45,001 bases of DNA from Promethearchaeota archaeon (GTDB taxonomy: Archaea > Asgardarchaeota > Lokiarchaeia > Sigyniarchaeales > SOKP01). Positions 9,180-19,645 of this stretch are shown piece after piece (the first letter of the stretch is position 1; each line of letters starts with the position of its first letter). The stretch is taken from positions 1 through 45,001 of the forward strand of contig SDNY01000011.1 in NCBI GenBank assembly GCA_004524535.1, given 5' to 3'. Made by a program: the position numbers and the translations under genes. Below the pieces are notes generated by a model. The model saw only the letters and a list, made by a program, of their open reading frames with translations. It made no database searches and was not told the DNA's origin.

Positions 9180-9310
9180 TTTTTTTAGTAAATCTCCTTT
9201 TTTCTTATTTTTTATTTTAATTTTTCATTCTGTTATTCATTAATTTTAAATTTTTTTTATTATTAGTCTTATTACATTTAATATTTTAAGATTAAATTGG
9301 TATAATTTAA

Positions 9311-10003
9311 ATGAATATTGCTGAACTTTTAACTAAAAAAATTGATTCTAATCAGCTTGTATTAACTGAGTTTGAATCAAAAGAATTGCTTCAAGAGATT
9401 GGGATAGAAATACCCCCTCAGAGCTTAACTTCTACTAAAGAAGAAACTATATCTACCGCTGAAAGAATTGGACTTCCCGTAGTTCTAAAACTTATGGCAG
9501 AAGATATAGTCCACAAATCTGACACTGGAGCCGTTAAATTAAACTTAAAAAGTAAGGATGAAGTCGAAAAAGCTTTTGAAGAGTTAATGAATATCCCATC
9601 TAAAAGTGAGAAAAAGATTTCTGTTCAGAAGATGGCAGACGAGCCAATTACGGAGCTCATCATTGGGATGACTACCGACCAGCAATTTGGCCCAGCTCTC
9701 ATGTTCGGAATCGGAGGCATCCTAGTTGAGCTATTAGAAGACGTTAGTTTTAGAATTGCTCCAATCGAAAGATATGATGCTCTAGAGATGATTCATGAAA
9801 TTAAAGGATTTCCGATTTTAGACGGATATCGAGGAAAACCCAAGGCAGATATTGACGCAATTGTCGATACATTATTAAAAATCTCTGATCTTGTCGTGAA
9901 ACACGAAGAAATTCACGAAATGGATTTAAATCCCGTGTTTATTTATGATAAAGGGTTAATTTGTGTTGACGCAAGAATTATCTTAAAAAATAAGGAAGAG
10001 TAA
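9311..10003 (+). CDS. ADP-forming acyl/acetate-CoA ligase beta subunit (ATP-grasp)
   Basis: IGLPVVLK, HKSDTGAV, ELIIG, FGPALMFGIGG, EMDLNP, VDARI. Confidence 0.9.
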   Translation: MNIAELLTKKIDSNQLVLTEFESKELLQEIGIEIPPQSLTSTKEETISTAERIGLPVVLKLMAEDIVHKSDTGAVKLNLKSKDEVEKAFEELMNIPSKSEKKISVQKMADEPITELIIGMTTDQQFGPALMFGIGGILVELLEDVSFRIAPIERYDALEMIHEIKGFPILDGYRGKPKADIDAIVDTLLKISDLVVKHEEIHEMDLNPVFIYDKGLICVDARIILKNKEE

Positions 10004-10014
10004 TATTAATTTCC

Positions 10015-10914
10015 CTATATTTTTATTTTCTTAATAAATAAATTATCTAAAATTTCTTTATAACGTTTACAAAGAGTTATATTGGTAATTTTTGCTATTT
10101 TTGCTATTTTTTTTTGACTAACCCTTATATTAATCATTTTACAAACTAAATATAACGCACCAGCAGCAATACCTCTTGGATCCCTTCCTGCTGAACATCC
10201 TCTTGATGTAAATGCTCTTATAACTTTAATTGTTGGTGATTCTACTTTAGGATGTAAATCTAACTCCGCAATTAATCGAGGTACATACGAGACCGGATCA
10301 GGTGGTGGAGGTTTTAAATTCAATTCTTTAATTAATGCCTTATAACAACTATATACTTCTTTAGTAGTTTCTTGGTTTAGTGAAGATTTATTTGAAATTT
10401 CTTTAAGAGCCCTTGAAATTTTATTTTTCCTGCAAGCATAATATAAACAAGCAGTAGCCATCCCACTTATAGATCTTCCACTAAGTATATTTCCTTTTAG
10501 ATATTTCTTATACAACAACATAGACATATCTTTAACATAATCCGGCAATCTCAAAGTTGCTGCAATTCTTTTTATTTCATTAGCAGCATTTATTAAATTT
10601 TTTTGATGCCAATCTAACCAATTATTTTGTTTAACAGCTCTCTTTAAATCAGGATTTTCTTGAAAATCTTCCTTTAAAAATGTGCTATGATGAATATCTA
10701 ATAAGATTTTCTGTGGTGGACATATTCTACTTTTCATTACCATCTCTTCTGTGTTAAAATACCTTTCTCCTTCATCTATTATTTCTATATTACTCTCACT
10801 TAATATTAATCCACAATTATTGCATATTAAATCCCCTCTTTCTTGAATTAGAGTAATATTGCCACCGCATTCTAGACATGCATTTATCTTATTAACAGGA
10901 TATTCGATTTCCAC
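10015..10914 (-). CDS. tfb: Transcription initiation factor IIB (TFB) paralogue
   Basis: Zn ribbon CLECG...CNNCG and two cyclin repeats (GRSISGMATACLYYACR; GRDPRGIAAGALY...SQKKIAKIAKITNITLCKRYKEI). Confidence 0.9.
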   Translation of the reverse strand: MEIEYPVNKINACLECGGNITLIQERGDLICNNCGLILSESNIEIIDEGERYFNTEEMVMKSRICPPQKILLDIHHSTFLKEDFQENPDLKRAVKQNNWLDWHQKNLINAANEIKRIAATLRLPDYVKDMSMLLYKKYLKGNILSGRSISGMATACLYYACRKNKISRALKEISNKSSLNQETTKEVYSCYKALIKELNLKPPPPDPVSYVPRLIAELDLHPKVESPTIKVIRAFTSRGCSAGRDPRGIAAGALYLVCKMINIRVSQKKIAKIAKITNITLCKRYKEILDNLFIKKIKI

Positions 10915-11229
10915 TATAAAACCTTTTATGCAATTTTATGCAATAAATCTATATTAAAAAAATAATCTTAATTTTTATAATACTAAGAAATTGTAATAAG
11001 TTTATCGAATAAATCCCCAATTTCAGAATTTAATCAACATATAAATGTAAGTAAAATTATTAATATTTTGTTATTATTACATGTTTCTAATTTAAATTCT
11101 TTCCTATTCTTTAATCTTTAATAGAGAGAGAATTTTTATGCTTCGTTAATATTTTTTTAAACATTTATATATCAAACTTTTGAAATATAATGTAACCTTA
11201 ATTAATAAAAAAAAGGATTTTTTATTAAT

Positions 11230-14200
11230 ATGAATCAATCTACAAAAAAAAATAAAAAACGAATATTTATCTTTCTAATTATTTTCGTTGGATTAACCTT
11301 TACTAACATTGCTGCGATTAATCTACTTAGCTTTTCTGGTATACCATCAACCGAAGATGATACAAATGATAATATCATTCAAATAAATGATGATAAACCC
11401 AAATTGGCTGAGTATGAGAGAACGGTTGAAGATACTGGAAATGATATTAATATAACATTACACCAATCGATTAACAATATGGGTGATCCTCTATATGAAA
11501 TTGTCGATTTTAACAGTGTTGCTAACCGAAGCTTTGAAATTGATTCCCCTATAGATACTGATTTTAACTCATCATATACAGAAATAAAAGTTGAGGATAT
11601 TTATGCTCCAAATAAGACATTGGAACTTGAATCAGCTAATTCTGATACTTCTTCTAATCTGGGGTCAGGTAGATGGTTTGGTTCATTTGTAGCCCCTTCA
11701 AATTGCATAATGACAAATGCTTCTTTTTTAATTTCCAATGTATGGAACGGAATTACTATAACAATATATTTAATAAATTCAACAAATACAGGAGAACCGT
11801 ATAATCCATCAGATTTTACTCCTTTCGTAATAGGTAGTTTTAATCCTATTAACTTCGCTGGAAATAGATGGTATAGTGTCGATTTTACTGACCAATTTCT
11901 AAATAATACTTTAACATACGATAATAAGTGGTATATCGGATTAACTAAATCTGTGGGAGCTGGAGGTGAAGATCCATTTTGGATTGCAGGATGGGATTCT
12001 ACTGATAGTATCGATAATTCAGACTCTTACAGATATTCTAGTGGAACTTACACACCCTTCGCTATTGATTATCGTTGCGACATGAAGTTAGTTCCGACAA
12101 GTGAGACTGGATCAATTGATAATAAACCTGCACCTGTAGCAATAAATATGGAAATAAACGGAACTGGAGTTGTAAACGGGGATGAAAATGCTGGAACATG
12201 GTTTAACAATACAGCTTTACCAAGTTCAAATAACCAATTGAATTTTACTCTTGATGCGGGCTGGTGGGATGTGACTTGCAATATTACTATGATTCAAGTC
12301 AATTATACAAAAACCAGCATATGTGGGATTGCTAATTTTACAGTTACAGCAAATCAGCCCGTGGTTCGCTGGAATGTAACAATGAGCGAAGTTTTAGATG
12401 ATTTTGAAGATAAGTTTAAATGTTACTATATTAATTACACAATACCGTCTCATTGGGGTGATGTAGAAGTCTGGAACGGCACCACACAAATGACCAGAAA
12501 TGTAACGAGGTCGTTAGGCACGGGCTATGATGAATTACAGATATTTGAGGCCGGAAATGGTACTAACTGGTTCCTAACGGCAAACAATACGAATCTCCTT
12601 GCTGAATCCTTGGGAGGTATAGTCCATACATATGTTTCTAAAAATGATGTTAGTTTTATCAATTTTACAAATATTGTGGATATAAATATTACTTTAATAC
12701 AAAATATTACTCAAAATAATGGAGAAATTATTACAGATGTATTTGAAAATAATCCACCAGATTATGATGAGAATTATACAAGTGATCGTTCAACATTTGA
12801 AGGAACCAAAGAAATAAATGCGACAATATGGTATGTGAATAGCACGGTTGATGTATATGGACATTTTATCGTACAAGTAGGATGGCTTAACGGCACTGCC
12901 GTTGCTTTTGGAGAGAAGAATATAACAGTTTTAGGAGAGACTGAACTCACAATTGAACCTCTCGCTGTAGATATTTTCGATTCTAATGAAATATTTAATA
13001 TAACAATTAATTCTACTGATATTGGTAAAAAAGAAAAATTTGATCCTGATGAGATAATATATTCTCTTGATGATGGGGTCTCATGGAGTAGTAAAAATAT
13101 AACAGTATTTGCGATTGGACAAGCAAATATTACAATAAACTGTAGTGATGTTAATGGATATGGTCCTCAAACTATTATCATTAATATGAGTAGTCAATAC
13201 TACCATAATCAGTCCGAAACTGTCACTATTACAATTTTAGCCCTTACAGAATTGATTTTCATGGAACCTACTCAGTTTGAATATGATTCAAATGAAGAAT
13301 TCAAGATTTTGTTTGAATATAGAGATAAAATTCGAGATTCACCTGTTAACGCAGACCAAGTTAACTATAGTATTGAGAGTTATAATTGGCGCAATGATAA
13401 TATAGATAATTATGGAGTAGGGTTATATAATATATCGATACTTTGCAATGACTCTGAATTTGATGATTATGGAGAAAAAACTATTTTAGTTCATATAAAT
13501 AGGACTTATTACCATAATCAGACGGTGGAAATAAAAATTAATATTACAGGAGTGACTGATATGTATCTTGTAGGATTTGTACCTCCTTATGTGTATAATT
13601 CTGACGGAAGTTTCGATATTTTCCTCTACTTTAACGATACTTCAAGGAATACAGGAATAGAGGGTGCTACAATTGAATATCGTCTAAATAATACGGGGGC
13701 ACAATTTCGCACAGATAACTGGGTCGATCTTGGAGGGGGTAATTATAGAATAACCGTCTATTGTAATACAAGCGAATTTTATCCCTATGGAGAACCTATA
13801 ATCACTATTCATATCAACAAAACATTTTATATTAACCAGAGTCTTAGTACTTCACCCGGAGATATAACAATAAGAGGAGTGACTGATATGTATCTTGTAG
13901 GATTTGTACCTCCTTATGTGTATAATTCTGACGGAAGTTTCGATATTTTTCTCTACTTTAACGATACAGTAAGAAATACGGGAATAGAGGGTGCTACAAT
14001 TGAATATCGGCTAAATAATACGGGGGCACAATTTCGCACAGATAACTGGGTCGATCTTGGAGGGGGTAATTATAGAATAACCGTCTATTGTAATACAAGC
14101 GAATTTTATCCCTATGGAGAACCTATAATCACTATTCATATCAACAAAACATATTATATTAACCAGAGTCTTAGTACTTCACCCGGTGAAATAACAATAA

Positions 14201-17200
14201 TAGGAGTCACTGAAGCATCGGCTGTTGCAGATCCTTTCAAGCTAGGTTATGAATCAAATGAACTATTCAATGTTACAATCTACTTTAATGATAAAGTGAG
14301 AGATGAGGGTATAACTGATGCCGATCTCGTCGTAGATGTGAATGGAACCCAATATTATCCTTATATTTTTGATAATGGGGATGGATATTACAATATAACA
14401 GTAAATTGTAGCGATCCAATCTTTAGCGGTATGGGATATGGAAACTTTATCTACCGAGTCAATATAAGCAAGCACTATTATGAGAACAAAACGAGAGAAG
14501 TGGAAGTTTATATTGGAGCTGCGACTAATCTTACGTTAGATATATTTCCAATTAAGGCTTCATATGATTCTGGTGAAACATTTAATATTACTGCTTTTTA
14601 TCAAGATGTGGGAACTGGGGATGGGGTTGATGGCGCGGCGATTACGGTCAGAATAAATAATCAAATATATGCACCATTAGACTTCCAAGACTTTCTTGAT
14701 GGATATTACAATATAACTATAGAGTGTAATGCACCCCAGTTTGGTAATTATGGCACTGCAACTGTTAAAATAACAGCCTCCAAGACCAACTACAACCCAT
14801 CAGAAAATATAACAAGTGTCGATGTAATTGGCGAGACCTCCTTTTCTATACAAAAAGTGCCTGATGATCTTTACTATTCCTCAAGTAATACTTTCAATAT
14901 TACAGCATATTTCTATGACATTACTCGGAATCAAGGCATTAACGGCTCATCCATTAGTTTGTATGTAGAGGGAACTGAGTATGATCCACTCGAAATTTTT
15001 GATAATGGAGATGGATATTATTACATAAAAATTAATTGTAGTGCTGATGTATTTAATCCCTATGATAATTTGACAATAAGGGTAAATGCGAGTAAAATAT
15101 ATTATTATAATAAAACAGACACATTAAAAGCGTTTATTGTTGGCAATACTACATTGACTGTGCTTAGCCCATCTGAATATGTTCAAATCGTTCAAGGGAC
15201 AACTTTTAACATAACAGTTAATTTTGAGGATGTTGAGTTAATTACAGGGGTAGCCGGAGCATTTATTAATTATACTCTTAATGGAACAGGTTATCGAATT
15301 GACAAGTGTAACGATAATGGAGATGGAACATATAATATAACAATTGATATAGATGATCCGGATTTTGGAATTTATGGAATTATTAACATAACTATAATTG
15401 CTTCCAAGTATGCATATATAAATCGTTCAATAAACTTTACCATTCATAGGCAAATTCAAACATCGCTAAACCCTCCTGGGACTATCGTGGATTTAGGTAG
15501 TATCTTTAGAAGTCAGCATGTTAATTTTACATTTAACTATTCAGACACTAACTTTAAGCCAATACGTGGTGCTCTTTGGGATATAGTTGAGAATGATGCG
15601 GGATTTACCCCTAATTGGGTAGAACTCGGAGATGGAGAATATAATTTGACCTTAGATTCGACTGGTGTTTTTGCACAAGTAGCTTCTTATAATTTTATTT
15701 TTAATATCTCCGCTATAGGTAATGAAACCCAAGAAATAACATTGATAATAAGGGTTCTCTTACCGAAAACAAGAATAGATTTGGACAACAATATTATTGG
15801 CTTAATAGTTCCTATACGCACGAATATTACTTTAAAGTTCAATTTTACTGATGATCTTAGGAACGAGAGAATTGAATCAATTACAACCGAAAACGTTTCC
15901 ATTGAAATTCTTTCTGGAGCCATATGGAATGATTATAATGAGTCACGTGGAGGCGATCCTAATTTTGCTAATGGAGCATGGGAGTTATTTAATCTCACTA
16001 AAGGACAGTATATTTTAAGAATTTCAACTCTGAACTTAGATAAATTTCAAAGTTATACCATACGAATTACAATTTCATATACTTCAACGAATCCAGGACC
16101 ATATAATGATAGTATAATCGAAATAACCAACTTTTTATATGGCGAACCGATAGATATATCTTCTGATGGAGGCGGTGATGATGGCGGCGTTACGACTGGA
16201 ATTGCGTTCGAAGACCTTTTGCTTTGGATTATAATAATTGCCGCCGCGGTTGGAGGAATAATTGCGATAGTAGGAATCCAAAAAGGCATAATTGCACCTA
16301 AGAAACGAGAAAAGGAAAGAGTTTTACGCGAAGTTACTACGATTTTTGACGATGCTGTTAATTTAGAGCATCTCTTAGTCATTTTCAAGGGAACTGGGAC
16401 TTGCGTTTTCTTTAAGTCATACGGCATGGAGGAAATTGATCCTGAATTAATTAGTGGCTTTCTAACTGCTGTATCTTCCTTTGGACGAGAGATGGATTCA
16501 CAGCAGGCGTTAAACGAAATTCAATACGGAGATAAAATGCTATTATTAGCTGACGGGGAACATGTAAGAGTTGCGCTTGTATTAGATAAACAGGCATCTG
16601 TATTTTTACGTCAACATTTAAAAGAGTTCATAGAAAATTTTGAAGCAATTTACGCAAATAGTTTAATAAATTTTAGAGGTCAAATAGATGTTTTCAGTAA
16701 TGCAGGAGAACATGTTGACAATGTTTTTCAGACTTCAATTATCTTACCTCACGAGATTAGTCCCGATATAGGAAAAATAAAATCTTTGAAAGGCCCCCAT
16801 TCCAAGGATGTACTTAAAATTGCGCGGAGATTGATAAAAGGTTCAGAGAGGAAGTTCTTCTTTATCGCAACGCTTTTAACTGAAGCGATTGAAAGAACAG
16901 ACAAAGATAAAGCGGAAGTTTTTATGGGTATTAAAGAGCTGAGAGACAAGAAAGTTTTATCCCCAATTCAAATTTCAGCCATCGAAGGAAAGGAAGTCTC
17001 ACAGCAAGAATTAAACATGATTCGACAACAGGTTTGTACTTTACCGGGATTATCTGAAGAGGAAATAAATAGACTTGTAAATGACTTAGCCAGAAAGACT
17101 CCCGCAGAAAGAGAAGCTTATCTTGTAAGCTGTAGAGAAAAAGAAGAAATCGTTTCAGCTCCTATTAAAACTACAACAATCGGTGAAAAAGTTATTGATT

Positions 17201-17580
17201 CCCCTAAATCTGCGAAAAAAGAAATTAAAAATTTGAAAAAAGCCGCAAGTGTAAAATTAAAAGAAGGGGATCTTAAAACTACTCTTGAAATTTATAGAAG
17301 CGCAGCTGTAATCGCAACTGATTGGGGTTTACAAAAAGAGGCTGAAAATTTGGAGAACACGACCAGAGTTACGCAAATTAACGGTTTAAATCAATTAAAA
17401 AATATTTTAGAGAAAGAAGCTAAAAAAGCGGAAAAAAACAAGGATTATGCTACCGCAGCTGAGAAGTACAAGAAAGCTTCCAAAACAGCTTCGGAGATTT
17501 TTAAGTTGGGTGTTACTGAAATGTATTCAGAAGTTAAAAAACTGACGAAAAAATCGAATGAATTAGAAAAATTAATTTAA
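11230..17580 (+). CDS. Large cell-surface glycoprotein: Ig-like repeats, TM helix, cytoplasmic longin-like domain and helical tail
   Basis: N-terminal signal/anchor, many NxS/T sequons, repeated DNGDGYYNITxxC modules, TM LLLWIIIIAAAVGGIIAIVGI, then IDPELISGFLTAVSSFGRE (longin-like) and a TPR/MIT-like C-terminus. Confidence 0.85.
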   Translation: MNQSTKKNKKRIFIFLIIFVGLTFTNIAAINLLSFSGIPSTEDDTNDNIIQINDDKPKLAEYERTVEDTGNDINITLHQSINNMGDPLYEIVDFNSVANRSFEIDSPIDTDFNSSYTEIKVEDIYAPNKTLELESANSDTSSNLGSGRWFGSFVAPSNCIMTNASFLISNVWNGITITIYLINSTNTGEPYNPSDFTPFVIGSFNPINFAGNRWYSVDFTDQFLNNTLTYDNKWYIGLTKSVGAGGEDPFWIAGWDSTDSIDNSDSYRYSSGTYTPFAIDYRCDMKLVPTSETGSIDNKPAPVAINMEINGTGVVNGDENAGTWFNNTALPSSNNQLNFTLDAGWWDVTCNITMIQVNYTKTSICGIANFTVTANQPVVRWNVTMSEVLDDFEDKFKCYYINYTIPSHWGDVEVWNGTTQMTRNVTRSLGTGYDELQIFEAGNGTNWFLTANNTNLLAESLGGIVHTYVSKNDVSFINFTNIVDINITLIQNITQNNGEIITDVFENNPPDYDENYTSDRSTFEGTKEINATIWYVNSTVDVYGHFIVQVGWLNGTAVAFGEKNITVLGETELTIEPLAVDIFDSNEIFNITINSTDIGKKEKFDPDEIIYSLDDGVSWSSKNITVFAIGQANITINCSDVNGYGPQTIIINMSSQYYHNQSETVTITILALTELIFMEPTQFEYDSNEEFKILFEYRDKIRDSPVNADQVNYSIESYNWRNDNIDNYGVGLYNISILCNDSEFDDYGEKTILVHINRTYYHNQTVEIKINITGVTDMYLVGFVPPYVYNSDGSFDIFLYFNDTSRNTGIEGATIEYRLNNTGAQFRTDNWVDLGGGNYRITVYCNTSEFYPYGEPIITIHINKTFYINQSLSTSPGDITIRGVTDMYLVGFVPPYVYNSDGSFDIFLYFNDTVRNTGIEGATIEYRLNNTGAQFRTDNWVDLGGGNYRITVYCNTSEFYPYGEPIITIHINKTYYINQSLSTSPGEITIIGVTEASAVADPFKLGYESNELFNVTIYFNDKVRDEGITDADLVVDVNGTQYYPYIFDNGDGYYNITVNCSDPIFSGMGYGNFIYRVNISKHYYENKTREVEVYIGAATNLTLDIFPIKASYDSGETFNITAFYQDVGTGDGVDGAAITVRINNQIYAPLDFQDFLDGYYNITIECNAPQFGNYGTATVKITASKTNYNPSENITSVDVIGETSFSIQKVPDDLYYSSSNTFNITAYFYDITRNQGINGSSISLYVEGTEYDPLEIFDNGDGYYYIKINCSADVFNPYDNLTIRVNASKIYYYNKTDTLKAFIVGNTTLTVLSPSEYVQIVQGTTFNITVNFEDVELITGVAGAFINYTLNGTGYRIDKCNDNGDGTYNITIDIDDPDFGIYGIINITIIASKYAYINRSINFTIHRQIQTSLNPPGTIVDLGSIFRSQHVNFTFNYSDTNFKPIRGALWDIVENDAGFTPNWVELGDGEYNLTLDSTGVFAQVASYNFIFNISAIGNETQEITLIIRVLLPKTRIDLDNNIIGLIVPIRTNITLKFNFTDDLRNERIESITTENVSIEILSGAIWNDYNESRGGDPNFANGAWELFNLTKGQYILRISTLNLDKFQSYTIRITISYTSTNPGPYNDSIIEITNFLYGEPIDISSDGGGDDGGVTTGIAFEDLLLWIIIIAAAVGGIIAIVGIQKGIIAPKKREKERVLREVTTIFDDAVNLEHLLVIFKGTGTCVFFKSYGMEEIDPELISGFLTAVSSFGREMDSQQALNEIQYGDKMLLLADGEHVRVALVLDKQASVFLRQHLKEFIENFEAIYANSLINFRGQIDVFSNAGEHVDNVFQTSIILPHEISPDIGKIKSLKGPHSKDVLKIARRLIKGSERKFFFIATLLTEAIERTDKDKAEVFMGIKELRDKKVLSPIQISAIEGKEVSQQELNMIRQQVCTLPGLSEEEINRLVNDLARKTPAEREAYLVSCREKEEIVSAPIKTTTIGEKVIDSPKSAKKEIKNLKKAASVKLKEGDLKTTLEIYRSAAVIATDWGLQKEAENLENTTRVTQINGLNQLKNILEKEAKKAEKNKDYATAAEKYKKASKTASEIFKLGVTEMYSEVKKLTKKSNELEKLI
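13548..14213 (+). repeat. Near-identical 327-bp in-frame tandem duplication (109 aa)
   Basis: AGGAGTGACTGATATGTATCTTG starts at 13548 and 13875, with only a few substitutions between copies. A third junction AGGAGTCACTGA sits at 14202. Confidence 0.95.
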
Positions 17581-17584
17581 AATA

Positions 17585-17620
17585 TTTTTTTTTTTTCACT
17601 TTTTATTTTATTCCTTTTTC
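17585..17620 (+). terminator. Oligo-T tract between convergent genes (archaeal-type terminator)
   Basis: A run of about 12 T plus further T runs immediately after the stop at 17580. Confidence 0.5.
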
Positions 17621-17683
17621 ATTTATTTTAGAGAAGAAATATAAATCATTCTGTATATAAAAGCCATATTCTTTTAGTTTATT

Positions 17684-18919
17684 TTATCCATCTTTTATTC
17701 CGTCTTCCGTTATAGCGAATACTGCTTCGCTCTCTGGGAGCGATGGCGAATCAACAATCTTAGCAACTCTCTGTTCTCCTTTTCCTTTTCTAAGATAGAC
17801 TCTAATAGTGCTGCCGTGAGCCACTACATTACCACCAGCTGCCCGTAAGGGATTTCCATAAAAAACATCTGGCTTCGATTGTACCTGATTAGTGACAACT
17901 ATTGCCAATTCAGGATAAATATCGCATAATCGGAGTAAGTCATGGAGATGTTGATTTATTAGCTGCTGCCGATTTGCTAACGTTCCCCGTCCTATGTATT
18001 CACTTCTAAAATGACCAATTAAGCTGTCAACAATAATCAGTTTAATATTCTTCTCTTTAATGATATTTGCAGCCTCTTTAATTAGTAGAATCTGATGATC
18101 TGAGTTATAAGCACGCCCAAAAACGATATTTTTTAACACTTTTTGATAATCCAAATCCTTTGCTTCTGACATTTGAATTATTCTTTCGGGTCTAAATGTT
18201 CCTTCTGTATCAATATATAAAGCATTGCCTTCAAGTCCTCCTTGTTCTTTAGGTAATTGAACATTCACACATAATTGATGACAAATCTGAGTTTTTCCTG
18301 TCCTAAATTCTCCAAAAAACTCGATTACACTACCTGTTTCGATTCCAGATCCTAATAAATCATCTAATTCTTGACTAGTTGTAGTAATTCGAGCGATATT
18401 CTTTCTGCGCTCCCATATATCCTCAGCAGATTTGAATCCAATTCCTAAACGTTCCATTGAAGCCTTGATAAGTTTCGCCGTAGTTTTCTCTCCAAGCCCT
18501 GAATCGTTAATTATAATATTTGGAGGAGTGTAAGCTATTGATTCAAGGCTATTAAATCCAGATTTTATAAGCTTATTAAGAGTAGCTTCTCCGACTCCTG
18601 GAAGGCTCTTTACTGCTTTTATGCACTCTTCTCTGTCTTTTGAAGCATAAATTTCCTCTTCAAGATCCTCCTCCTCGTTAAGTTGTTCCAATTCATCGAA
18701 GGCTTCAATTAATTCTTGGTCGTCATCATAATCTTCAATATAATCTTCTATATTTTCTTCCTCGACCTCATCATCATCTTTTTCTTCTATGTTTGCATCT
18801 TCAGCATCGTCGTCTTGAGCATATTTTAAATGATCTTTGTAGATCTTCCCTTTTATATGCGTTCTATTACATTCAGCGCAAAAATAGCCCCCATTTTTTA
18901 TTTCTACTGCTTTTGCCAT
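17684..18919 (-). CDS. radA: DNA repair/recombination protein RadA with an N-terminal Zn-binding and acidic extension
   Basis: HhH LPGVGEAT, Walker A GEFRTGKT, YIDTEGTFRPER, Walker B LIIVDS, TNQV, GGNVVAH, DSPSLPE. Confidence 0.95.
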   Translation of the reverse strand: MAKAVEIKNGGYFCAECNRTHIKGKIYKDHLKYAQDDDAEDANIEEKDDDEVEEENIEDYIEDYDDDQELIEAFDELEQLNEEEDLEEEIYASKDREECIKAVKSLPGVGEATLNKLIKSGFNSLESIAYTPPNIIINDSGLGEKTTAKLIKASMERLGIGFKSAEDIWERRKNIARITTTSQELDDLLGSGIETGSVIEFFGEFRTGKTQICHQLCVNVQLPKEQGGLEGNALYIDTEGTFRPERIIQMSEAKDLDYQKVLKNIVFGRAYNSDHQILLIKEAANIIKEKNIKLIIVDSLIGHFRSEYIGRGTLANRQQLINQHLHDLLRLCDIYPELAIVVTNQVQSKPDVFYGNPLRAAGGNVVAHGSTIRVYLRKGKGEQRVAKIVDSPSLPESEAVFAITEDGIKDG

Positions 18920-19137
18920 AATTAATCACATCATAAATTTTTAATTTCATTTCTAATTATGTTATATGTATAAAACCGCTTATTTTAAAAGCAATAGACT
19001 TAAAAATTTCTAATTTCTAATTTATTTTTTTACAGAATAATTAAAAAAGAGATTATTTCAATATTCATTGAATTTTTTTTTAATACTGGTTTGTTGGGTA
19101 AACAAGTCTTGAACTTAGAAAGAATTCAAATAAGCTC

Positions 19138-19500
19138 TTAAGTTATATTTTTTATCTGTTCGCTAACTTTTCTTAATTCTATAAAACATGTATCCATACG
19201 AGCCTCAACATCTAGACACACACATATAATGAGCTCTTCACCCGCTTCCATGATTGCGAAATTTCCTTCGTTGCCTTGAAGGATACACACATCCAACGTT
19301 CCTGATTTCAATTCGAGGAGTACTCGTTCAGACACACTTAAAATTGTCGCGGTCATGGCTGCTAATCTAATATCTGAGATACCTTCTTCTAGTATAGCTT
19401 GTATAATAAGACCTTCTGCTGACACTACTGCAGAACTCTTTACGCCTTCAATATTATCATGGAGAGTTTGCAAGAGATACAAGAGTTGCTGATCAGACAT
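19138..19500 (-). CDS. Roadblock/LC7 (LAMTOR2-like) domain protein
   Basis: GVKSSAVVSAEGLII, RLAAMTATILSVSERVLLEL and ILQGNEG pattern; 120 aa. Confidence 0.9.
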   Translation of the reverse strand: MSDQQLLYLLQTLHDNIEGVKSSAVVSAEGLIIQAILEEGISDIRLAAMTATILSVSERVLLELKSGTLDVCILQGNEGNFAIMEAGEELIICVCLDVEARMDTCFIELRKVSEQIKNIT

Positions 19501-19645
19501 TATTTACTTATTTTAAAGTTCAATTAATTATTTATAAAATAATCATTATCTAATTTAAAACTATAGATAATCATTTATATGAATATAATTATTAAAATAT
19601 AGCCTTGTAAAAAAAATTATTAATTTTATGATCGGTGAGATTTAA

